64,000 nt of DNA, taken from the NCBI GenBank assembly GCA_963662945.1, contig OY759974.1, positions 2,208,001-2,272,000 on the forward strand, given 5' to 3'. Below, in pieces: positions 1-9,787 of this stretch. Under the pieces are notes generated by a model. It saw only the letters and a list, made by a program, of their open reading frames with translations, was not told the origin of the DNA and made no database searches. Origin of the DNA: Arcobacteraceae bacterium (GTDB lineage Bacteria > Campylobacterota > Campylobacteria > Campylobacterales > Arcobacteraceae). Position 1 is the stretch's first letter, and every line of letters starts with the position of its first letter. The position numbers and the translations under genes were made by a program.

Positions 1-141
1 CATATAGAAAAGATAAGAGGTAAAATAAAAGTTGGTCAACATTTACCTCCTGAGAGATTCGATATGATTATCAAACATTTAGAACAAAGAGGAAGTGATA
101 TAGATAAATTAACTATAAAACAGATGAAGGCAAATATATGA
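1..141 (+). CDS. 3' end of a CDS truncated by the window edge; probably a pyridoxamine 5'-phosphate oxidase-like/FMN-binding protein
   Basis: Frame 1 is open (HIEKIRGKIKVGQHLPPERFDMIIKHLEQRGSDIDKLTIKQMKANI*); its TGA overlaps the next ATG (ATGA). Confidence 0.55.
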   Translation, partial: HIEKIRGKIKVGQHLPPERFDMIIKHLEQRGSDIDKLTIKQMKANI

Positions 142-707
142 AATTAAAAATCGCACAATTAGAGGATATAGCTGATGTTTTAAAACTTCACTATAAGTAT
201 CAAGTTGACTCTATAAAAGAGGAAGACAAAAAAGATGGTTTTGTAACAACACCATTTACAAAAGAGCAACTTACAAAATTGATACAAGAGGAGCAGGGGC
301 TTTTTATAGCAAAAAAAGATAATAAAGTAGTAGCTTATGTGATGGCTGCCTCTTGGCAGTTTTGGTCAGCTTGGCCTATGTTTGCATATATGATTGAACA
401 TCTTGGAGAGTTAGAATATTTAGGTCAAAAATTATGTGTAGATAACTCTTATCAGTATGGACCAATTTGTATCGATAAAAGTGTAAGAGGAATGGGAGTA
501 TTAGAACAAATCTTTGATTTTGCACGAGAAAAGATGTCAAAGAGATACCCAATACTTGTAACTTTTATTAATAAAATAAATACGAGATCTTATGAAGCTC
601 ATACAAGAAAACTAGGACTAGAAGTGATACAAGAGTTTACTTATAACAATAATCATTACTATGAACTTGTTTATGATACTTCTAAGAGTGTAGAATCAAT
701 AGTGTAG
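138..707 (+). CDS. GNAT family acetyltransferase
   Basis: Acetyl-CoA motif ICIDKSVRGMGV and N..S...H.KLG motif. Confidence 0.75.
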   Translation: MKLKIAQLEDIADVLKLHYKYQVDSIKEEDKKDGFVTTPFTKEQLTKLIQEEQGLFIAKKDNKVVAYVMAASWQFWSAWPMFAYMIEHLGELEYLGQKLCVDNSYQYGPICIDKSVRGMGVLEQIFDFAREKMSKRYPILVTFINKINTRSYEAHTRKLGLEVIQEFTYNNNHYYELVYDTSKSVESIV

Positions 708-1837
708 CTAAAAGTACTCCCTTTATTGACTTGTGACTCTACACTTATCTCAATATTATTTTTAACACAGATGTTTTTTACGATACTTAGTCCTATACCA
801 AAACCACCTGTTATTTTGTCACCTCTATAGTATCTATCAAAGATTTTTGTGGTATCTTTTATCCCTATACCTTGATCTTGAAAAGTGAGATGAATCTTAT
901 CTTCTTTTTGTTGAAGAGTGATTGTGATGGTAGATTGTTCTTTTGAATATTTGATTGCATTTGAAAGATTATTATCTATGATTCTATAAAGTTCAATCTC
1001 ATTGAAATTTAGTGTTATATCTGAATGAATATTACCTACGAGGTTGATTTTTTTTGCAGTTGCTAAATCATTGAAAAATTCAACTCTTTTGTCTAAAAAT
1101 AAAGATAAATTAATCTTTTTTTTCTTTTCAATTCCACTAAATCGTTGCATATAATATTCTAAATCTTCATAGATAATACTCATATTTTTTAAAGCAGATT
1201 TTATCCTAAGTAGATGTTTATCCTCTTTAATTCTCATTTGTAGTAAATCAATATTTACCCTTGCTACACCAATAGGAGTTTTAAGTTCATGCATTGCATC
1301 TTTTAAAAAATCATCAAGATAAAGATTGAGTTTTTTATAAGGTTCTGTACTTTGTTTGATAGTAAAAAATGATGAGAGAAAAATTAAAGATATCATAGTT
1401 AAAATCAAAATAATAGTGTTGTATATCACTTGTGAATTGTCAATATTTTTACAAGTAATAATATATTTTGCTCCAAAAATATTATTTTGAAGATATTGTT
1501 TATAACATATTTTTTGTGAGCTTTGAAAAAACTCACTTTGAAATACTAGTTTTTCTTTAGAATCTAAAAGTGAAAAAAGGGCTTTGTCTTTTTCATCAAA
1601 AATAGCAGAAGTAAAAATATTTGAGCGTGGATAGTCAAATAGATTACTATTTTCGTCTTCAAATAATTTCATTTTTAAAATTACTGAAGAACTATAGTTT
1701 TTTAACATCATTTTATCTTTGATATTTTGATTTTCAAAAGAGGCTTTTAGATAGAAATATATAGGAATGAAAGCTATTGCTAAAGTAAGGATAACTTGAA
1801 TAATAATAAACTTAATATCATTGGTTTTATTTATCAA
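671..1837 (-). CDS. Two-component sensor histidine kinase
   Basis: Two TM segments; H box AMHELKTP, N box NNLSNAIKYS, G boxes DQGIGI and GGFGIGLSIV. Confidence 0.95.
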   Translation of the reverse strand: MINKTNDIKFIIIQVILTLAIAFIPIYFYLKASFENQNIKDKMMLKNYSSSVILKMKLFEDENSNLFDYPRSNIFTSAIFDEKDKALFSLLDSKEKLVFQSEFFQSSQKICYKQYLQNNIFGAKYIITCKNIDNSQVIYNTIILILTMISLIFLSSFFTIKQSTEPYKKLNLYLDDFLKDAMHELKTPIGVARVNIDLLQMRIKEDKHLLRIKSALKNMSIIYEDLEYYMQRFSGIEKKKKINLSLFLDKRVEFFNDLATAKKINLVGNIHSDITLNFNEIELYRIIDNNLSNAIKYSKEQSTITITLQQKEDKIHLTFQDQGIGIKDTTKIFDRYYRGDKITGGFGIGLSIVKNICVKNNIEISVESQVNKGSTFSYTIDSTLLEVS

Positions 1838-2486
1838 TTTTATATCCTACAAATCTTTTTGTAATGATAAAGTTTTTGTCAGTTTTGGTACGGATTCTTT
1901 TTATACACATCCGTATATCTGCGTATTGAATATCTTTGTTGTCCCATATATTTTCATGTAAAGATTCAATAGAAACATAAAAACCTCTATTTTGAATAAG
2001 AAAGCTGATGACTTCACTCTCTTTTTGTGTTAAATCAATAGGTTTTTCTTCTCTGTATAATATATTTTTTTGTATATCAAATACAAAGTTGTTGTGTAAA
2101 TATATTTTATTTTCTTCTGATGCGAAACATTTACTTTTGATGAGTTGATCAATTCTATAGCGTAATTCAATTAAATCAAATGGTTTTTTTAAATAATCAT
2201 TACAACCTAGTTCATATCCCTTACTTAGATTTGACATATCTGTTAGTGAAGTTAGTATAATTACAGGTGTTTGTATACCCTGTTCTCTGATATTTTCAAT
2301 AAGAGTGAAGCCATCAGTTCCTGGTACTCTAATATCTAAAAGTAGTAGATTGTATTTATTTTCATAAATGGCATCTAGTGCATCATCTCCATTATCAAAA
2401 TCATCAACGTCAAAATCTAGTTCTTCTAAGAACTCTTTTATTGATATTTTATAAAGGTAGTCATCTTCAAGGAGTAAAATTTTCAT
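1827..2486 (-). CDS. OmpR-family response regulator
   Basis: Receiver motifs LLEDD, LLDI, DYLKKPF, plus a winged-helix C-terminus (RFVGYKI). Confidence 0.95.
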   Translation of the reverse strand: MKILLLEDDYLYKISIKEFLEELDFDVDDFDNGDDALDAIYENKYNLLLLDIRVPGTDGFTLIENIREQGIQTPVIILTSLTDMSNLSKGYELGCNDYLKKPFDLIELRYRIDQLIKSKCFASEENKIYLHNNFVFDIQKNILYREEKPIDLTQKESEVISFLIQNRGFYVSIESLHENIWDNKDIQYADIRMCIKRIRTKTDKNFIITKRFVGYKIDK

Positions 2487-2490
2487 ATTT

Positions 2491-3420
2491 TCACTTTATT
2501 ATAATATTTTGTTTATTTTGTGTTGTTTCTTTAATCGGTATGGTTGTATTGATACTTCCTTTATATTCATAATTTGGTAGATAATTAAAATTTTGATTTG
2601 TATTGTTAAAACTAGCTACTAAGTAACCCATAGTTTCTTTATCCATACTTCCCAAAGATATAAATGTAATGATTGTATCATCTATCTGATAATAAAATTG
2701 TTTTTGAGATAAAATCTCTTTATTATTTAGTAAAATATTATAGAGATTTTCATTGTATTTTTCTTCAATTATTACATAATTATATAGCTTTTTATTGTTT
2801 TGATGGTATTTTGCAATATTGAGAAATTTACTATCAAGTAATGGTATGACATCAATTCCAGCTAATTGTAATCTTTCTTTTATAGTTGAATAGTCTATTA
2901 TCACTTCTAGTGAGCCAATATATTTTTCTTTATCAAAAATTGGAGAGATAGCTTTGATATTAAATCTTTTACCAAGTTCATTTGATACAAAAGGTTGTTT
3001 TGATTGTTTTACTTTGACTAAACCTTTTCTAAAATTTGAAAGATTGAGTCCAACATCTTTATCTTCCCAACTTCTTACAAATACTTTTAAATCTTTTGTA
3101 TGTACTTGAATTTGGATATTTTGTTGTTTTGTGTATTGAGATATGGAAGCCAACAATGTATTGAGTTCATCTTTTAACTGTTTTGGATTATTGTTTTTTA
3201 AATTATCAATAATATATTGATTTTTTGAAAAAAGTATTGCTAGTGATAAAGCATATTTTTTTTGATTTGAGATTTCACTTTGTATAAGCTCAACATTATT
3301 GGAAACAAGTATGTCTATTTGGTTTTGTTGTATAATGTCGTTATATTTTTTGAGAAAAAAGAGTAGTATAAAAATTATAATGAGAAAGAAGATTACAAAG
3401 TTTTTATATGTTTTTATCAT
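2491..3420 (-). CDS. Membrane-anchored Cache (dCache_3-like) domain protein with no output domain
   Basis: One N-terminal TM helix, then FVRSW...NLSNFRKGL...FVSNELGK...IGSLEV, resembling the sensor domain of the diguanylate cyclase at 18938. ATG at 3420 preferred over TTG at 3471. Confidence 0.75.
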   Translation of the reverse strand: MIKTYKNFVIFFLIIIFILLFFLKKYNDIIQQNQIDILVSNNVELIQSEISNQKKYALSLAILFSKNQYIIDNLKNNNPKQLKDELNTLLASISQYTKQQNIQIQVHTKDLKVFVRSWEDKDVGLNLSNFRKGLVKVKQSKQPFVSNELGKRFNIKAISPIFDKEKYIGSLEVIIDYSTIKERLQLAGIDVIPLLDSKFLNIAKYHQNNKKLYNYVIIEEKYNENLYNILLNNKEILSQKQFYYQIDDTIITFISLGSMDKETMGYLVASFNNTNQNFNYLPNYEYKGSINTTIPIKETTQNKQNIIIK

Positions 3421-3480
3421 AGACTCATTGTAACCAAAAAAACTTGGAAATATCCTTTTTGGATATTTCAAGTGTTTTTA

Positions 3481-4422
3481 TTATTTGATTAGCTTATCGC
3501 CTCTAATTACATCTATGTCAAGACCTAATGCTTTGAAGTTACTTCTTACAGAATGTTTTTCTTTTAAAACATTTGAGTGATAAATCCCACCTTTTCCATC
3601 TGGTAATAAACCTTTATCTAAATCAAAATCAGCTCTCTCTTGAGCATTTACATAAAGCATAACATCCGCAGCATCTTGATCACTTAAACTTCCACCTTGA
3701 CCTAAAGGCATTTTTAGTTTAACCCAAGCAGCACCTTTATCTAGTTTACTCATACCAGCACCAGTATTGTAAGATAACCATTTACCATTTGCATCTTTTC
3801 CCCAAAGTGGTGGAAACTCTCCCATCCCTTCTCCATTTGCATTGTGACACATTGCACATTGGTTTTCATATACTTTTTGACCATTTACATAGTTTGCATG
3901 TGTAGCTTTTTTTTGTATTGGATTGAAGTGTTTTATCCCTGCTGGCCATAATTTTTTATTTGTAGGACCCCAAGGACCTTTGTCATTTAAATGCATCGGT
4001 TTCCCATCTGCTAACCAAGTAATATATGTAGCAATAGCCATAGAAGCTTCACTATCATTTACTAGTCTTTTACCATTCATACTTCTCATAAAACAGTTAT
4101 TTGATCTATCTTGTAAAGTTTGAACTGCTTTCTCTCTTTTTGACCATGTTGGGAAAGAAACAGCTGTATCTAACCATGAAGAAAGACCATCAGCTGTTCC
4201 AGGTTTACCATCTTCACCTCTTAAGTGACAAGAAGCACAGTTAAGTTTATTTCCTACAAAATCTTTTGTAAGTGGATGAGTATCAGTATGTAAAGCTATC
4301 TCTTCACCTAGTTTAACTAATTTACCAAGTTCTCCTTCTGGATATGCTTTTGGTGCACTACCAGCAAATAAATATACCGAACAGGCAAGACTCAAAATCG
4401 CAAGTTTATGTAAAGACTTCAT
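3481..4422 (-). CDS. tsdA: Diheme c-type cytochrome, thiosulfate dehydrogenase/tetrathionate reductase TsdA
   Basis: Signal peptide, two CxxCH motifs (CASCH, CAMCH), catalytic-Cys motif RSNNCFMRSMNG, PPLWG...SYNTGAGM and KMPLG. Confidence 0.85.
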   Translation of the reverse strand: MKSLHKLAILSLACSVYLFAGSAPKAYPEGELGKLVKLGEEIALHTDTHPLTKDFVGNKLNCASCHLRGEDGKPGTADGLSSWLDTAVSFPTWSKREKAVQTLQDRSNNCFMRSMNGKRLVNDSEASMAIATYITWLADGKPMHLNDKGPWGPTNKKLWPAGIKHFNPIQKKATHANYVNGQKVYENQCAMCHNANGEGMGEFPPLWGKDANGKWLSYNTGAGMSKLDKGAAWVKLKMPLGQGGSLSDQDAADVMLYVNAQERADFDLDKGLLPDGKGGIYHSNVLKEKHSVRSNFKALGLDIDVIRGDKLIK

Positions 4423-4455
4423 TTATTACTCCTATTAATAAGTTTTCATAAGGTA

Positions 4456-4487
4456 ATAATAAAGTAACAATGTAACTCGAAAATAAC
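4456..4487 (-). promoter_or_regulatory. Putative tsdA promoter with an OmpR-type direct repeat
   Basis: Minus strand reads GTTATT-N5-GTTACA (11-bp period), N9, then TATTAT as -10. Confidence 0.35.
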
Positions 4488-4574
4488 AAATACTTATTTT
4501 TGTAATTTAGGAGATTGGATAAATATAAAAATTGCGTTTAAATTTTATTTTATAACTTTTAGGGTAGAATTTTA

Positions 4575-4590
4575 CCAAACAATCGTTTGG
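4575..4590. promoter_or_regulatory. Putative TetR operator (palindrome CCAAAC-N4-GTTTGG)
   Basis: Just downstream of a TAGAAT -10 and upstream of the TetR start; the same 15-mer recurs at 5177-5191. Confidence 0.75.
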
Positions 4591-4598
4591 ATAAATGT

Positions 4599-5153
4599 AT
4601 GGCAATAAAAAAAACATCAAGAGAAGAGATACTTAAAGAGTCAATTAAACTTTTTAAAATACGAGGATATTATAATACTTCTATGGCAAACATTGCTGAG
4701 GCGTGTGGACTTATAAAAGGGAGTATTTATCATCATTTTAAAAGTAAAGATGAGATAGGTTTAGAATCATTAAAATATATTCACTTATATTTTGAAAAAC
4801 ATATTTACTCTTTAGTTGATAGAAAAGATTTAACAGATAAAGAAAAGCTTACCCTTTTTGTACAAAAAACTGATGAATATTTCTTGCATAGTGAAGGTGG
4901 TTGTTTACTTGGAAATCTTGCGCTAGAGGTTTCACATGAAAATTTAGAATTTAAAGAAGAGATTAAATCATATTTTATGGCTTGGGAAAATGCGTTAGCA
5001 AAAATATTAAAGGCAAAATATGGTGAAAATGAATCTCTTTCATTGGCAAGAGAATATATTGCACTCACGCAAGGTGCTATAATGATGATGAATTTATATA
5101 ATTCACCAGAAAATTATCTGAAAGTTGGTAAAAAAATCACTAATTTACTTTAG
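4599..5153 (+). CDS. TetR/AcrR family regulator, NemR-like
   Basis: TetR HTH (GYYNTSMANIAEACGLIKGSIYHHFKSK) and C-terminal GCLLGNL motif; ATG at 4599. Confidence 0.9.
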   Translation: MAIKKTSREEILKESIKLFKIRGYYNTSMANIAEACGLIKGSIYHHFKSKDEIGLESLKYIHLYFEKHIYSLVDRKDLTDKEKLTLFVQKTDEYFLHSEGGCLLGNLALEVSHENLEFKEEIKSYFMAWENALAKILKAKYGENESLSLAREYIALTQGAIMMMNLYNSPENYLKVGKKITNLL

Positions 5154-5176
5154 TGTTTTTTTTTACTCTATTTATA

Positions 5177-5191
5177 CAAACAATCGTTTGG
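5177..5191. promoter_or_regulatory. Second copy of the putative TetR operator
   Basis: CAAACAATCGTTTGG, identical to 4576-4590, located upstream of the PNPOx gene RBS. Confidence 0.75.
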
Positions 5192-5207
5192 TTGAAAAAG
5201 GAAAAAA

Positions 5208-5732
5208 ATGAATATATTTACACAAGAACATCTTGATATAAGGGATAAATATGGTACAACACAAAAAGCAAATTATTGGTTAAATACTTTAGATACAGAG
5301 AAGTTAGATACAAGAATGATAAAACTGATTGAAAGTATTGGTTATTTCTTTTTTGCTACTTCAAGTAAAGATGGAAGAGTAAATGTAAATTTTAAAGGGA
5401 GTGATAACAAAAAACTTTTAAAAGTTTTAGACCCAAATACAATGATTTTTCCTGATTATACAGGAAATGGAATCTTACACTCTATAGGAGATATACAAAC
5501 AAATCCTCATGTAGGATTATTGATTATTGATTTTTCAAGAGATGTACGAATCAAAATAAATGGTCGGGCTACAATTATAGATGATAAAAGTGAGATAGTA
5601 AAATATCTTGATATATTTGATTCTTTTGAATTTGAAAGATTGATAAAAATTGATATTGATTATGTATTGCCAAATTGTTCAAACAAATTGCATGTTGTGA
5701 GAGATGATATTTTAGCAAAGGAGATAAGATGA
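5208..5732 (+). CDS. Pyridoxamine 5'-phosphate oxidase family (FMN-binding split barrel) protein
   Basis: FFFATSSKDG..NVNFKG, FPDYTGNG...SIGDI..NPHVGLLIIDF, INGRA motifs. Confidence 0.85.
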   Translation: MNIFTQEHLDIRDKYGTTQKANYWLNTLDTEKLDTRMIKLIESIGYFFFATSSKDGRVNVNFKGSDNKKLLKVLDPNTMIFPDYTGNGILHSIGDIQTNPHVGLLIIDFSRDVRIKINGRATIIDDKSEIVKYLDIFDSFEFERLIKIDIDYVLPNCSNKLHVVRDDILAKEIR

Positions 5733-6238
5733 ATTATTTTCAAAAGTTTCAAGGGCAGGGTGTCGCATTGCCTCCAAAGTCAAGTGTGAGTGACATTCTT
5801 TTTGCATGGATTGGTGGATTTATAGCTATTGCAATGATAGGTTATCTTACAAAAAATTATGATAACTTACTCGTAATGGGTTCTTTTGGAGCCTCCTGTG
5901 TTTTATTATTTGGTTATCCCAAAAGTCCATTTTCTCAACCAAGAAATGTCATATTTGGACATTTTTTTTCAACGTTGATAGGATTGTCTTTTTTACATTT
6001 GATAGGAAATGAGTGGTGGAGTATGGCATTGGCTTTAGCTACAGCAATTGCTGTAATGATAGCTACAAGAACTGTTCATCCACCAGCTGGTTCAAATCCT
6101 TTAATTGTATTTTTACTTGGAAGTAATTGGGATTATCTTATTTTTCCTAGTTTGTTGGGCTCTATTATCTTAGTTGTAGTTGCAGTTTTTTATAATAATT
6201 TAGATAAAAAAAGAGCTTATCCTGAATATTGGTATTGA
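5729..6238 (+). CDS. HPP family membrane protein
   Basis: GSFGAS.VLLF..P.SPFSQPRN and the HPPAG motif. Confidence 0.92.
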   Translation: MNYFQKFQGQGVALPPKSSVSDILFAWIGGFIAIAMIGYLTKNYDNLLVMGSFGASCVLLFGYPKSPFSQPRNVIFGHFFSTLIGLSFLHLIGNEWWSMALALATAIAVMIATRTVHPPAGSNPLIVFLLGSNWDYLIFPSLLGSIILVVVAVFYNNLDKKRAYPEYWY

Positions 6239-6247
6239 ATGATTTAT

Positions 6248-6274
6248 ACCTTAACTCTTTAAAGGAGTTAAGGT
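6248..6274. terminator. Hairpin between the convergent HPP and ribB genes
   Basis: ACCTTAACTC-N7-GAGTTAAGGT, a perfect 10-bp stem. Confidence 0.6.
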
Positions 6275-6286
6275 GTGTTGTCCTTC

Positions 6287-6922
6287 TTAGAGAGTATAGA
6301 GTTTACGATAGTTTATAATATCTTGTACACTTAGTATTGGCATAGAGTATTTTTTTGAAAATTGGATTACTTCTTCCCCTTGTGTCATAGTTCCATCTTC
6401 ATTTGTGAGTTCACATAAAATAGCACTAGGTTCTAAGTTTGAAAGTTTCATCAAATCTATACTAGCTTCAGTATGTCCTTCTCTTTCTAAAACACCGCCA
6501 TCTTTTGCACGTAAAGGAAAAATATGACCAGGAGAAACAATGTGATTTATCCCATCTTTTTTAATAGCTGCTTGTATAGTTGTAACTCTATCTTGCGCTG
6601 AAACACCTGTAGTTACATTTTCTTTTGCTTCAATTGAGATTGTAAAAGGTGTTTGATATTTTGAGTTATTTGTTTGTACCATCATTGGAAGTTGGAGTTC
6701 TTTTACTTTTTGAGAAGTTAAACAAAGACACACGATGCCACTGCACTCTCGTATAAGGAGTGCCATTTGTTCTTTAGTGATATTTTGAGCACTGAAAATT
6801 ATATCAGCTTCATTTTCTCTATTTTTATCATCTGTTACAATGACACCAGTTCCTGATTGTAATGCTTTGATAGCATTTTGTACGTTTAATTCAAAGTCTA
6901 AATTAGACATTTTTTGATTCAT
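6287..6922 (-). CDS. ribB: 3,4-dihydroxy-2-butanone-4-phosphate synthase (stand-alone)
   Basis: [42 protein letters not shown] motifs. Confidence 0.97.
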   Translation of the reverse strand: MNQKMSNLDFELNVQNAIKALQSGTGVIVTDDKNRENEADIIFSAQNITKEQMALLIRECSGIVCLCLTSQKVKELQLPMMVQTNNSKYQTPFTISIEAKENVTTGVSAQDRVTTIQAAIKKDGINHIVSPGHIFPLRAKDGGVLEREGHTEASIDLMKLSNLEPSAILCELTNEDGTMTQGEEVIQFSKKYSMPILSVQDIINYRKLYTL

Positions 6923-7013
6923 TAGTTAACCTTTATTATTGAGTAAACTTATTGAATCAGGGCTAATATTTAAGTAATATAATCCTAATGTATGAACAGT
7001 AGTAAAACTTTTT

Positions 7014-7155
7014 ATATTCTCTTTCATCCAGACTATGACTGTTGGTTTTGGATTTGCACCAAATCTGCTTGACCCTTACAAAAGTAAGGCGCTCGTGGAC
7101 TTCTATAAAGTATAGTTACCACCAGTAAGGAATTTCACCTTGCCCTGAGAAATAA
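7014..7155 (-). ncRNA. FMN riboswitch (RFN element) upstream of ribB
   Basis: Minus strand reads TCTCAGGGCAAGGTGAAATTCCTTACTGGTGGT...AGTCCACGAGCG...AGCAGATTTGGTGCAAATCCAAAACCAACAGTCATAGTCTGGATGAAAGAGAA, matching the RFN consensus. Confidence 0.95.
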
Positions 7156-7324
7156 ATTTGGAAAAATAGTAACTAAATTTTGCTTATAAAATGAAGAAAT
7201 AGAAAGTTCAAGAAAATGAAGATAAAATTTAAAATTAAAAAAATTATTTATAAAATGGTATGACAATTTAAATCTTAGAAACAGAAATTTATTGTAATAG
7301 TAATTACTCGACAAGGGATAGTTA

Positions 7325-8206
7325 ATGACCCAAAATATAAAAGCACATCTTTTAGTTTTAGTTGCAACTTTTTTAATAGCTGGCTCTTTTATAGCTTCAC
7401 AAAAACTATCAGGTGTTATTGATCCTATATCTCTTACCCTTTGTCGGTTTGTATTTGCTTCTTTAATATTAGCACCATTTATCGTATTTAATAAAAAGTA
7501 TCGAATTAAAGTTCTTACAACATTACCAAGAGGTATGATAATAGGGTTGTTTTATTCTCTTTATTTTATAGGACTGTTTAAAGCCTTGGAGAGTACAACA
7601 GCTTTAAATACTGGTACACTCTTTACTCTTGTACCTTTGCTTACAGCTATTTTATCAATCTTTTTTCTCAAGCAAAAATTTTATTTAGTACAGTTGATTA
7701 CTTATATTGTAGGTATTTTAGGAACTTGTATCGTTATATTTAAAGGTGATTTAGAACTCTTTTTAAATTTTCAATTAAATCAGGGTGATATTATATTTTT
7801 ATTTGCCATTATTGCAATGGCTTTATATTCAATTAGTACAAAACTACTACATAGAAAAGGTGATGAGCTGATTGTTTTAGTTTTTACTACATTATTGAGT
7901 GGAATTCTTTGGATGTTTTTATCAGTTGTAATTATGGATATAGCTTTACAGTGGGAGAAGTTAACAGGTAGTTTGATTTACTATATGATATATTTGATTA
8001 TAGGAGCAACACTTGTAACTGTTTATTTGTATCAACAAGCGGCTATAAGTATTGGACCTAAAAAAGTGATGGCTTATGTGTATTTAAACCCTGTTGCTAT
8101 TGCTTTTTTGCTTTTTTTACTCGAAGGAAAAACTATAGGAATATGGGTAGCAATTGGGATTGTAATCTCTTCTTTTGCTACAATAATACTATTATCAAAG
8201 GAATAA
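7325..8206 (+). CDS. DMT/EamA family transporter
   Basis: About 10 TM helices in two EamA repeats. Confidence 0.88.
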   Translation: MTQNIKAHLLVLVATFLIAGSFIASQKLSGVIDPISLTLCRFVFASLILAPFIVFNKKYRIKVLTTLPRGMIIGLFYSLYFIGLFKALESTTALNTGTLFTLVPLLTAILSIFFLKQKFYLVQLITYIVGILGTCIVIFKGDLELFLNFQLNQGDIIFLFAIIAMALYSISTKLLHRKGDELIVLVFTTLLSGILWMFLSVVIMDIALQWEKLTGSLIYYMIYLIIGATLVTVYLYQQAAISIGPKKVMAYVYLNPVAIAFLLFLLEGKTIGIWVAIGIVISSFATIILLSKE

Positions 8207-8259
8207 ATACTAATAGAGAATAGGCTATAATATTTTTTATAAAATACAAAAGAAAGCTA

Positions 8260-9333
8260 ATGGAACCTTTTAAAAATATATACAATAAAACAGAAATAGT
8301 AAAATTAGCAAATGAAATTGCTGCTGCTTATCCTCCTTTTGAACGAGAACAATTTATAAGTTATATTATAGATGATCTATGGGAACAAAAAGAGTTAAAG
8401 GAAAGATTGCGAACTATTACTTTGGGTTTAGGAAAATTTTTACCTACAAATTATCTTGAATCTCTTGAAATCTTAAAAAAGGTACACCATAAGTTTAACG
8501 GACTTTTTCATTTGATATTTCCAGATTTTATTGAAGTTTATGGTTTAGAGTATTATGATGATTCTATTGAAGCTTTAAAGCTTTTTACTCAAAATTGTTC
8601 AAGTGAGTTTGCTATACGACCTTTTTTAGTGAAGTATCCACAACTTATTGAAACTTTAAAAGAGTGGACACAAGATAAGAATGAACATATCCGAAGATTA
8701 GCAAGTGAAGGTTCAAGACCTAGACTTCCTTGGGGAATGGCACTTCAAAAATATAAAAAAGAACCAATAAAAGTAATCGAAGTATTGGAACTTTTAAAAG
8801 ATGATGAGAGTGAATATGTACGAAAAAGTGTAGCAAACAATCTTAATGATATTTCAAAAGATAATCCAAAACTTGTGAAAGAATTATTTAAAAAGTGGTA
8901 TGGGAGTTCTAAAAATACAAACTGGATAGTCAAACATGCATCAAGAACACTTTTAAAAGCTGGAGATAAAGAGGTAATGGAGATTTTTGGTTATCATTCA
9001 GATGATATAGAAGTGGTGGATTTACAAGTAAATGAAAGAATAAATATGAATGAATTATTGAATTTTTCATTTGCCATACAATCAAAAAATATTTTAGGTA
9101 AATTACGAATAGAATATAAACTAGGTCTAGTAAGACAAAATAATAAAATGGGATATAAAGTCTTTAAAATCTCTGAAAAAGAGGTGAAAGAAAATAGAGT
9201 TTTTGTAGAAAAAAAACATCATTTTAAATATGTTACTACAAGAAAATATTATGAGGGGATTCATACCCTAACAATCATCATAAATGGAAAAGAATTTTTA
9301 ACAAAAGAGTTTGAGTTAGAAGGTTGTTCTTGA
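8260..9333 (+). CDS. alkC: HEAT-like-repeat DNA alkylation repair glycosylase (AlkC-like, with C-terminal Ig-like domain)
   Basis: SSEFAIRPF, RRLASEGSRPRLPW, YVRKSVANNLNDISKD and TTRKYY.G.H motifs. Confidence 0.75.
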   Translation: MEPFKNIYNKTEIVKLANEIAAAYPPFEREQFISYIIDDLWEQKELKERLRTITLGLGKFLPTNYLESLEILKKVHHKFNGLFHLIFPDFIEVYGLEYYDDSIEALKLFTQNCSSEFAIRPFLVKYPQLIETLKEWTQDKNEHIRRLASEGSRPRLPWGMALQKYKKEPIKVIEVLELLKDDESEYVRKSVANNLNDISKDNPKLVKELFKKWYGSSKNTNWIVKHASRTLLKAGDKEVMEIFGYHSDDIEVVDLQVNERINMNELLNFSFAIQSKNILGKLRIEYKLGLVRQNNKMGYKVFKISEKEVKENRVFVEKKHHFKYVTTRKYYEGIHTLTIIINGKEFLTKEFELEGCS

Positions 9334-9376
9334 AGTATATTCGAAGAAAGAATTAGTTTTATGTTAGAATAATTTT

Positions 9377-9787
9377 ATGAAAAACAAATATACTCTAACA
9401 GCTTTTGAAAAAGATAGTAATTCTCCTCTTGCTGAACTATTTTTACAAACAAGAGATTTCATAAAAATATGTATAGGAAATAGAGTTAAAGAAAAGTATC
9501 GAGAAAATATAACTTCCTATTTTTCTACTGAGGGTGGATTTTGCTATCTCAAAGCTTATGATGAGTATATTCATATTGGTTGGTTTAGAGGTGTAAATAT
9601 AGATGATAAGTATCATCAACTTTTTGGAAATGCTAAAACAATACGAGCTCAAAAAGTATATAAACTTGATAAAATCACAAGAGATACTATTCGATACTAT
9701 GTTGAACAGACGTTAATATTTTTGATAGAACATAATGAGTTGATGAAGATAAAAAAAGGGATAAAAAAATATGATAGAGAGCTTTGA
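9377..9787 (+). CDS. DUF1801-like protein
   Basis: FCYLKAY...HIGWFRGV...D....LFG..KTIR pattern. Confidence 0.6.
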   Translation: MKNKYTLTAFEKDSNSPLAELFLQTRDFIKICIGNRVKEKYRENITSYFSTEGGFCYLKAYDEYIHIGWFRGVNIDDKYHQLFGNAKTIRAQKVYKLDKITRDTIRYYVEQTLIFLIEHNELMKIKKGIKKYDREL

